Below are positions 54,301 to 64,000 of a stretch of DNA of 64,000 nucleotides, one piece after another; within the stretch, counting starts at the first letter, position 1; each line of letters begins with the position of its first letter. The stretch comes from Azolla caroliniana (Eukaryota; Plantae; Polypodiophyta): contig JBHGNT010000017.1 of the NCBI GenBank assembly GCA_043228905.1, forward strand, positions 17,484,001-17,548,000, read 5' to 3'. The notes beneath the pieces were generated by a model. It was not told the DNA's origin. It worked only from the letters and a program-made list of their open reading frames with translations, and did no database searches. The position numbers and the translations under genes are program-made.

Positions 54301-55239
54301 TGAAACGAGGGAAATCAAGAACTTGATGCAATGTGCACACGTATAAAAGGAGTGATGGTTAGACATGTATGTTAACACATTAATGTGTACGTGTGATGTG
54401 TGTTTGGGTGTTCGTTATACAAATATATAAAATAAGCTTAACGTATACAATGAGGTGCAAGTAAGGATTTGAACCTTACACCTTTAAGATAAGAGACAAT
54501 TGACATACAATTAGACTACGCTGTTTCCTTAAAAGTTAATTTCTTCATTGTACTTTTCACATGTAAGTGCTCGTTCATAAGAGCTTGGATAAGGTACATG
54601 GTCATCATGCATCACATGTGATACATGATCGCCAAATGGCAATCATGCATTGCATACATCTCATGCATTGCATGCATGTACTACACCCTCACATGCACAT
54701 ATGCATGGGGGCATGTATATAAGAAGGAGAGGAAGGCAAAGAAAGGCAAGTAATGTTTGTAATCATTCATTAATAATAAAAGCTCAGTTATCTCATTGGA
54801 AATCTATCTTGTATCTCAAATTCGAAGTCAAAGGTTCAAACTGGCGATTGGAATTCTTGTTCATAATTATCTATCTTTAATACTTTTTTGCTTGCGCTAG
54901 TCCTTTCGTCTAAAACATTGACGGTTCCGCTTCATTGTCTTGAACGATCCTTTCGACCCTCCATCACCACTTGCGGATAAAAGTCGGTGCTCGTCTGCAC
55001 ACGTGTAACGCGGACATCGCGACGTTCGGCACATGTGTCACGTGCTTTGCGACATCATTGTGGTGTGGTAAATATTCTTTCAATCTCGTTATTTCTCTCT
55101 CTCTCTCTCTCTCTCTCTTCTCAATCAACCCACACAAGCATCTTCGACAACAAGAACAACCCGATTGTAAACCATCCTCCTTGGTCAAAGACCCCGCTGG
55201 TCCCATTCGACCGACCTGCAGGCGCGGATTTCCGCGACA

Positions 55240-57203
55240 ACGCCGGTCGATGCTGAGCCCGTTTCAAGCCAATCCCGGGCTTCCTCTTTTCGTGTCGGCG
55301 GAGGTTCATTGAACTTCCTTGCCGGGATGGGTCTCGTCGCCGATGATCCCTTGTCGCCCCACTCACGCCGCTTGTCTAAGCGGCTGCAGACTCCTTTGAC
55401 CGTGGCGCAGTCGGTCGTCAGCCCATCATCCGTCTCTAGCACGAGACCCACTCGACCCCGATCCCGCACGTCCACCGCTTTGACGAACAACAGGACACGA
55501 CTTGTGTCTAGAACGGTCTTGTCCAGCATTGAGAGCCGTGTGAACTCCCGGGGCGCCGACGCATTCCTGCTCTTCCCGGGGGTCTCCACCCACTCCATGA
55601 AGTCTCGCTTCGATAAGCGAAGCGCGTCATCAAGACCATACCTTTCGAGAAGCCGTGATTCAAATTCTCCCCAGGTCCGGCATCCCACCTGCACCTCGAG
55701 CGCCTCTGTGTGGATGCCTAGTGTTGCCACCTGAGGTAACCCGACCAGACGCCTATCCTCCGGAATGTCCCTCATCACCATCTCGGCTCGGTAGGGCACC
55801 AAATAGCTCGTAGCGTCCTACCCACCGAACCGGCCTATCGTGTCGACAATTGCTTCAATGGCCCTGTCGAGGGCGCTTGTGTCCTCGCAAGCACTTACTA
55901 TCCGATCGACTGCTGCTGCCATGGCTTCGGCGAGCTCCGATCCCCTCATCTTCGACTCCTCTGCCGCCTGTTTCACGTCAGGTTCACCAGATGTTGTGTT
56001 GTTTCGCTTACGCGTGTGAAATAAGGCGGGACCATGGGGGCCCTGAACCGAGGAGAAAGAGAGACAAGAGGAAGTGAGAAGCACGCAAGCGTAAAGCCTG
56101 CTAGACCTGTCAGCAACTGACAGGACTTGCCATCTGAATGAACCACCAACGCTTATACCGACTTAATCAAGAAGCACACTCCAGAGAAATGAAAGAGGAG
56201 ACTCCCAAAAACACAGATAGACGAAAACAAGAGATTCGATTTCAATAACAGTGACGATTACAACGATTGCAACCTTGCAGAGAACGATGATAGAGGAGGA
56301 GAGAGCTCGGTTCCTAGTCCGACAACACCTCGTCCTTACCCAAAACGCGATATATTCCTCTTCTTCTCCCTTCCCTTATATAGGTCGCCCAGGAGGCCGT
56401 TACATCAAAACATGTCCACTTTATTCTCTATCCCTTCGGACAAAGATACGCATCGATTTTCCTAATTAACAAATATGTCACACCTAGTATATTTACATCA
56501 GCCATCCTATTCCTAGTTATGTACAATGTATCGATTCGTGCGCACTCGTGCAAGGGCCGGTTCACACCTTAAATTTCTTGATTCCTCTTAGGTTCGGTTT
56601 TCTTCACGACATCCACCCCCACCAAACCACGCATCCACCGGTATGCGCTAGACACTAACAATCGCCGGAGAAGATCGGCCCGTAATCATCCGTCAATTCC
56701 CGAATCCTCGTCTGCTTCGAACCGGTCATCATCGTCAGTCACGCTTCCTGGATCCGGCTTGTCCTCATGCCACTTTTTGAACGCCTTGATCCACTTCCCG
56801 GCTACTGACACTGTTAACCGCGTCCCGTCGAGCTCCGCAAGATGATACATCCCATTGTCATTCACGCTTGTTACAGCGTAGGGCCCGAACCACCTCCTCG
56901 TGAATTTGCGCGTTGCCCTGTGCTGGTTGTCGAGGCTGCTGTCGTACACGAACACCCAGTTGCCTTCCTCGATCTTCTTTGGCCGCAACCGGTGTGTCCG
57001 GTCGAACCAGCCTTTGTTCCTGTCCCTCGTCGTTTGCAGCTTTGTCTTTACTCATTCCACGTCCTCCGGTCTTCGCTCGAGCTGTTGAATCCGTGCCGCC
57101 AAAAGCTCTTCCCGGCTCATCTCGTTCCTCCAATCTATCACCGCCCACGAGGAAATCGTCCGTTCCATCGGCATGACCGGTTTCTGCCCGTATATCAGCT
57201 CCG
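55240..57203 (-). mobile_element. Gypsy family B tandem arrangement: integrase end / PPT / LTR 55992-56611 / PBS / gag
   Basis: 620-bp LTR matching 63168-63787; PPT at 56612-56623; INT C-terminus (WFGPYAVTSV..YHLAELDG) on its right; gag (RTWGEFESRLL) on its left. Confidence 0.88.
55972..55989 (-). promoter_or_regulatory. Primer binding site complementary to tRNA-Trp
   Basis: + strand TTCACGTCAGGTTCACCA, two bases from the LTR end; matches the plant tRNA-Trp 3' end as I recall it (TTCACGTCGGGTTCACCA) at 17/18. Confidence 0.75.
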
Positions 57204-57708
57204 CTGGCTCCTACTCTACGCACTATGGGTAGACATGACGACGCATAGTTCAGTGACCGGGTACATGCCGACGGAGCTGATGTACGGGCAGAAAATCTGC
57301 TTCGACTCGCGTTCCGGAGTCCGCGTCGACTCGCATTTATGCGGAGTTGCAGAATCTATGCTCCAACTTGCGTTGTGCGTAGTTGCGAAGTCTGTGCTTC
57401 GGCTTGCGTCTTTCTTCGTGGCTTTGTGCGGTAGATCGGCTCTTCGCAGCTTCGTTGCACGGTTGCGGAATCCACGTTGTCACGTAAATACGCGCGTGCA
57501 TGTCGAAGGGGCGGGACCACGGGGGTCTCGGACCAGGAAGAGAAGGAGTGGGGAGCCGACTCCGGACCCATACCGAAGGCTACCGAACACGAGAGAGAGA
57601 GCTTGCGCGCCACCGACTCTTATGTACAGAAAACATAAAGGGGTGGAAACACCCGACACCGTGAGAGACACCAGTATGCACAAACAAATATGAATAAATA
57701 TATTACAA

Positions 57709-57991
57709 GGGGGGGGGTGTGGATACATGTCCGATTTTCGAGCCGACTACACTCAGAAGAAGAAGAAGAAATTTACCCAGACAGAGTTTTGCCGCCATGG
57801 CTACCGCACCCAACTTCTCAAGAGGGAGAAGAAGAAGAAGACCACAAGACAGTTACTAACCTTAGAAATTCTTAACAAATGACCCTCTACAAAATGGTAT
57901 ACTCTTACGACTCAAAATGGGCAACCCTTCAAAAGGGACCCCTCCCTTCCTTTTATAGCCCAAGGAGGGAGAGACGTTACAATGTGGGACA
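57709..57991 (+). mobile_element. Probable PPT and short LTR of another retroelement
   Basis: G9 tract followed by TGTGGATACATG at 57718; candidate ends ...GTTACA or ...GGGACA. No partner LTR in the window. Confidence 0.35.
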
Positions 57992-57998
57992 AAGGGGG

Positions 57999-60900
57999 AT
58001 GTAGTGTCGTTGAGAGATCATGATTCCAGCTGGAGTCTGAATTACCTCGATGCCGAGGAAGTAGTGGAGCTCCTTCATGTCCACCATCTCGAACTTGTCG
58101 AAAAGGAGGGATTTGACCTTATTGATTTTGACGAGATGCTCACCTCCAATGACTAGGTCATCCACATATAAAATGATGGCGATCAGACTTGCAGAATCGC
58201 TTCGTATGTAGAGGGAGTTGTCCGATTTTGACATATGGAAGCCGATTTGATGAAGATATTGCATTATCTTTGAATGCCAAGCACGCGGTGCTTGCTTGAG
58301 GCCGTAGAGTGGCTTCTTGAGTCGGCATAAAGCTTTTGGATGGGTGCTCGAGTTGAAGCCGGGTGGTTGTATCATGTACACCTCCTCTTCTAATTCGCCT
58401 TGTAGAAAGGCGTTGTTGACATCCATTTGATGGAGGTGCCACCCTTTCGCCGTGGCAAGCGCAATTACGGTTCGTACCGTCATCATCTTTGCCACCGGGG
58501 CAAAGGTCTCTTCGTAGTCAACTCCGTGCGTTTGTGCGTAGCCTTTTGCTACGAGTCGCGCTTTGTAGCGGTTGACGGAACCGTCGATGTTGTACTTCAC
58601 TTTGTAAATCCATCTGCATCCGATCGCCTTTTTGTGTGGTGAGGTGGGAATGAGATCCCACATCTTGTTCTTGCGTAGTGCCTGCATCTCCTCGTTCATG
58701 GCTTCGATCCATCGCGGATCCTTGGCTGCTTTGGGGGCTCTTGTGGCCCACTTAGCCTTGTGGTAATCGGGCTACCTTCGAACATGTCTTCGAGGTGATC
58801 TCCACCTTCTCGCTCTTGTTCGGCTGGTTCCGTATCGATCGGGGTCGAAGTTGGAATCTTCTATGGTGCGTACCAGGATGCGGATTCGTCGAACACGACG
58901 TCTCGACTTCCTCGACTTTTTCGGGTAGATGGGTTATAGCATTTGTACCCCTTTTGTTCGAGTGAGTATCCTACGAGGATACATTTCTCCGACTTTGGAT
59001 CTAGCTTTTGCCGCTTTTCGTTGGTATATGCACGTATGCTATCGCGCTGAATATCCGTGTGTGCGATAAGTCCGGCTTCTTTCCGAAGTATTTTTCGTGC
59101 GGAGTGACCTCGTGCACTCCGGATGTTGTGCACCGGTTCATTAGGTAGACGGCCGTATTTGCAGCTTCAACCCAATATGACTTGGGCATATGCGTCTCGT
59201 TCATCATGGCCCGCGCTACTTCGAGGATGTGCCGATTTTTGCACTCGGCTACTCCATTTTGTTGCGGAGTGTGTCGACAAGTGAATTCTTGCCGAATTCC
59301 TTCCTTTCAGAGATACGCTGTGAAATCATCCGAGAAGTACTCCTTGCCGCCATCCGATCGAAGGCATCGTACATGAAGACCAATGGCTTTTTTGACTTCA
59401 TTTTTAAACTTTTGGAAGTGTCTGAACACTTCGCTCTTTTGCCGCATCGGATAGAGCCACGTGTGCCTAGAGAAGTCGTCGATGAAGAGCACGTAATATC
59501 GGCATCCGCCGAATGTAGCCGTCTGCACCGGTTCCCATATGTCAGAATGGACAACGTCCTGTAGACCTTTGCTCATGTTCCGCTCTTTCGGGAATGGGTG
59601 TCAGTGTTGCTTGCCGAATTGGCATGCTTCGCATACACCTTCAATCTCCTTCTCTTTGAATGTCGGGAGTCTGATGCCGATTCCTTTCGATTTCATTGCT
59701 TTGAGTTTGTTGAGATTGATGTGGCCGATTCGCTTGTGCCATAGCTCTATGTCGGAGTCGGCATTCGGTTGCGTTTTGACGGCTCCGGCCGTAGTGGAAG
59801 CTCCCCCTTCTTGCGAAGCTTCCTCGTTGGCTTCCGTTTTGCGGCCGAAATTGGGAGTTGTTGTCGAAGGTCGGACCTCGTCCACCTTGTCCTTGGCCGA
59901 ATCGGCCTCTCGCTCGTCTGTGTCCTCTTCCTCCGTTCGAGTGTGTGTAGAGCATGTCGCCTTCTGAGCCATTGCTCCTTGTACGCACGTGGTTTTCTTC
60001 GACCAATAGCATTGATTGGAGCTCGAAGAAGGAGGGAGATTTCTCCCTTGCTAGAACGGCGGTTCGCATCGTGCCGAACCGTGGTGCGAGGCCGCCGACG
60101 CATATTTGCACCATCTCATCATCGTCAATATTTACGCTTATCGAGCCGAGCGAGTCGCAAAGCTTCTTGATCTTCAAGGTATATGTCGTGATGGACATGT
60201 CCCTTTGTTGAATGTTGTTCAACTCTTGGCGGAGTTGAAGCCTTCTTGCGGTTGTGTTCGCCGAGAAAATCTTTCGTAGATTTTCCCATGCCTCCGGTGT
60301 CTTGGCTTCGCGAATGTAGCCGAGCATGTGATCGTGAACACATGTCACCAAGCAATACATCACACGGCTTGCGGCTTGCCCCCATGTCGCATATCCGGGA
60401 GTCGTTTCGACGGGTCAGACTTCGTGTGCTCCTTTGATGTAGCTCCAATAGCCTTGTCCGTCAAGGTATTGGTGCGTCTTGTACTCCCAAGATGCGAAGT
60501 TGTTTCGATCCAACTTCTCGGTAGGGAGAGCGCTCCCCATTTGAGTATTCATTATGTCGATTCTTCTTCTTCTCTCTTCGAATGCGAGCTATGTAGTGAA
60601 GCTACGATAGCGATGAGCTGGTTCTTGGTCATTGGCGTAGGACACAACGCACGTGGATGGGCTAGATCGAGGTACCAAGTCGCTCTGATACCACGTAAAG
60701 AATCAAGAGATGGATGCTATGCAACGGAATAGATATGAACTGTGTGTGTGTACGAGAGAGAGAGTGTGTGTGAGACAAGGAGTAAGACACAGAGAATACG
60801 CAAGGCAAAGTATATTAACAAAGGAGAAAGACTCAATGTTATACAAGATGGGAGGAGGGTGCTTTATATAGTCACCTTCTCTCTTCATTAACTACAAGAC

Positions 60901-61080
60901 TCATGGAGCATAGGGAATGTGAAAGCTCATAAGTTATGTGTCAGAGAATATGATTCTATGACTCATACTAAATGCTAGAATACAAAGTGGTGACATAATG
61001 GTGACTTTTGACCGTTGGAGTGTCTATTCACTCTCAAGGTGAGTTCACACACTAGATCAAGTTGAACTTGATTCTCAACA
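57999..61080 (-). mobile_element. Ty1/Copia element F, 5' part (5' LTR 60694-61080, gag, INT, RT), internally deleted
   Basis: PBS TGGTATCAGAGC at 60682-60693; gag ORF 59641-60363; WHKRIGH..CEACQFGK; RT with LYGLKQAPRAW and LYVDD; protease missing (deletion near 59760). Confidence 0.88.
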
Positions 61081-63167
61081 AAATGAAAACGAAGAACATT
61101 GTTTTCAAATTTCCATAATTTAGTGGCCGGAACGGCCAATTCTGTAGGAGTCTGCGAAGCCTGCCAGCTCGGGAAGCAACACCGACGTCCATTCCCCAAC
61201 GAGCATAATCAGAGTCGAAATCCACTCGATGTGATCTATTCGGAGGTATGGGGACTAGCATAGAGCATGAGCATCGGAGGAAGCCGTTACATCATAACCT
61301 TCATTGATGACTTCACTCGGCACAATTGGGTGTGCTTGATCGCGAAAAAGAGCAAAGTCTTCACGTGTTTCCTGAAGGTGAAGAGTCTTGCAGAAAGGGA
61401 AACCGGGCTAAAGATCAAATGCCAAAGGTCTGATGGAGGGAAGGAGTACTTCTCTGAACAATTCTCGAGTTATCTACAAAAGGAGGGAATTTGACACAAA
61501 TTCTCGTGTAGATAGCCGCCGCAACAGAACGACGTGACCAAGAGGAAGAATTGGACGATAGAGGAGGCAACAAGGGAAATCCTTGAAGAGAAGCATCTGT
61601 CAAAGTTCTATTGGGCCGAAGCGATCAGAACATCTGTCTACCTCCAAAATCGGGCATCTGCCAATGGAGGAGTGTCTCCACATGTGTTGTACTTCAAGAA
61701 GAAGTCGAACTTAGCACACTTGAGGGTTTTCGGTACCATCGTGTATGTGCATGTGCCAAAGGAGAAACGGAGGAAGTTCGACGCCAAAGCCGAGAAGTGT
61801 ATCTTGGTTGGCTACTCGGATGAATAAAAGGGTTGTTATAAGTGTTAGAAACCCCAAACCAAACAAGCTTGTGTAAGTCGTGATGTTATGTTCGACGAGT
61901 CCATGTCGTGGTACTTGCCTTCACCTCCAACCCCTAACGCCTCCATCCCAATATCTGACGAAGAGGTCAGCGAGGCTGAAATGCCTCGGGACAAAGGAGA
62001 CATCAGAGATCTTGAAGAGAGTTCAATCTCATTCAGGCTAAGTGAGCCAAATGAGCGACTAAGTCGGCATGACCAGTCAGACACAGAGTCGGCGAGTAGT
62101 GGAGACTAGGTCGTGCATTCCCCGCGCAAGAAGCCGAGGAGACGGTTTACGCGCAAAGAGAAGGGAAAGAAGAAGATGTCGGAGTATGGCACTGATAAAG
62201 AAGAGTCGGATCGCCGCGAATCCGACTCTGAGAAGAATGAAGACGAACCTTTGGAAACGAAGTCCGCGTCGGCCAAGAGGGCCTCAAAATCGGCTAATGA
62301 GCAATTACGCCAATCTACCGGCCAGAAGAACCCCGTGGTGCGGTTCGGATACAACGAGTACATGGCGCATCATTATGCGTACATGACGCGAGTGGGAGAA
62401 GTGTGTGAGCCGGGGAGCTACGTAGAAGCGGCGAAGGACGCAAACTGGCATGCCGCAATGGAGGAAGAGATGCACGCATTAGTGGAAAATGAAAATTGGG
62501 ACCTAGTTGATGCCCTGAAGGGTGTAAAGTCGATTGGATGCAGGTGGGTGTACAAGGTCAAGTACAACATCGACGGCTCTATCAACCACTACAAGGCCTG
62601 GTTAGTGGCGAAGGGATACGCATAGCAACACGACATCTACTACGATGAGACCTTTGCGCCTATCGTGAAGATGACAACCGCCCGTGTCCTGCTTGCGATA
62701 GCCGCGGTAAAGGGGTGGCATTTACATTAGATGGATCTAAAGAATGCGTTCCTGCAAGGGGAACTTGAGGAACAGGTGTACATGGTACAACCCTTTGGAT
62801 TTCAGTTTGGAAAGAACACCTAGGCGGTATGCCGACTCAAGAAGTCCCTCCAGTCCCTCTACGGACTAAAACAAACCTCGCGCGCGTGGAATGCGAAGAT
62901 CACGCAGTACCTTTGTCGGATGGAGTTTGCTACATCCAAATCGAACACTTCATTGTTCGTCTGGCAAGTTCATCGTGGACCGGTTAGTATCTTACATTAT
63001 GTTGATAATTCAGTCATCGCCGATGCCAACCTAGATGAAATTGGCCGCGTAAAGTCCCAGCTCGCGGCATCATTTGACGTGAAGGACCTAGGGGACCTTC
63101 ATTACTTCCTAGGGATCGAAGTGATCCGCAACCCTGAAGGCATACTAATCAGCCAACGAAATTATGT
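61081..63167 (+). mobile_element. Ty1/Copia element G fragment (pre-integrase, INT, RT), decayed
   Basis: VCEACQLGKQHR, FIDDFTR, SDGGKEY, IGCRWVYKVK, HYVDN, LHYFLGIEV..SQRNY; multiple stops. Confidence 0.88.
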
Positions 63168-64000
63168 TGTCGTGTTGTTTCGCTTAAGCGTGTGAAATAA
63201 GGCGGGACCACGAGGGCCCTGAACCGAGGAGAAAGAGGGACAAGAGGAAGTGAGAAGCACGCAAGTGTAAAGCCTGCTAGACCTGTCAGCAACCGACAAA
63301 ACTTGCCCTCTGAATGAACCACCAACGCGTATACTGACTTAATCAAGAAGCACACTTCAGAGAGATGAAAGAGGAGACTCCCAGAAACACAGATAGACGA
63401 AAACAAGAGATTCCATTTCAATAACAGTGACGATTACAATGATTGCAACCCTGCAGAGAACGATGATAGAGGAGGAGAGAGCTCGGTTCCCAATCCGACA
63501 AAACCTTTTCCTTACCCAAAACGTGATATATTCCTCTTCTTCTCCCTTCCCTTATATAGGTCGCCTAGGAGGCCATTACATCAAAACATGTCCACTTTAT
63601 TCTCTGTCCCTTCGAACAGAGATACACATCGATTTTCCTAATTAACAAATATGTCACGCTTATTATATTTACATCAGTCGTCTTATTCCTAGTTATTTTC
63701 AATGTATCGATTTGCGCGCACTCGTGCATGGGCCGGTTCACGCCTTAAATTCCTTGATTCCTCTTAGGGCCGGTTTTCTTCATGACATCCACCCCCACCA
63801 AACTGCGCATCCACCGGTATGCGCTAGACACTAAAGATCTCCAGAGAAGATCGGCCCGTAATCATCCGTCAATTCTCCGAACTGGTCGTCATCGTCAGTC
63901 ACGCTTCCTGGATCCGGCTCATCCTCATGCCGCTTTTTGAACTCCTTAATCCGCTTCCCGGTTACCGGCACTGTTAACCACGTCCCGTCGAGCTCCGCAA
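63168..64000 (-). mobile_element. Gypsy family B element, 3' end (LTR 63168-63787, PPT, integrase tail); continues beyond the window
   Basis: 620-bp LTR homologous to 55992-56611, followed by TCCACCCCCACC and INT sequence matching 56612-56840. Confidence 0.9.

Larger units (their letters stand above)
44114..54920 (+). mobile_element. Ty3/Gypsy element C: 5' LTR split by two Copias, pol 51350-54202, 3' LTR 54264-~54920
   Basis: LTR start TGTCGTGAAGATTTTCGG at 44114 and 54264; PPT GGTGGGGGTGGA before 54264; RT (DLYSGYDQ, LPQGATNS, FLDD), RNase H (VDTSPTGIG) and integrase (H..GH..CESC, DRGE) in RT-RH-INT order; in-frame stops. Confidence 0.9.

Noticed and set aside
40655-61080. Copia A and Copia F as halves of a single element
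   Set aside because: The breakpoints are complementary, but the LTRs share only their termini and the flanks (AACAA versus AAATG) form no TSD.

Overview
Eukaryotic land-plant genomic DNA (probably a non-seed plant such as a fern; this is an inference), not prokaryotic. 222-12413 (-) is a complete 14-exon BRAHMA-type SWI2/SNF2 ATPase gene of about 2518 aa. About 14.5-40.65 kb is a tandem segmental duplication carrying two 3-exon LRR receptor kinases, interleaved with decayed LINE fragments and microsatellites. Both receptors join an RLP-style ectodomain (island domain with Kx5Y + 4 LRRs + QFxxF) to a non-RD (HCD) kinase. 40655-64000 is a nest of Copia and Gypsy LTR retrotransposons. Most notable: (1) three different Copia copies are broken at the same SQRxY(V/I) codons of RT, two of them by the same Gypsy LTR family, with RYRY 4-bp flanks, suggesting a targeted retroelement; (2) the RLP-ectodomain/non-RD-kinase receptor architecture; (3) a triplicated poly-ATG start cassette creating uORFs in both alternative frames; (4) a TTAGGG array inside BRM exon 1; (5) a Gypsy LTR flanked by both a PPT and a tRNA-Trp PBS. 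All coordinates were read by eye and may be off by a few bases.
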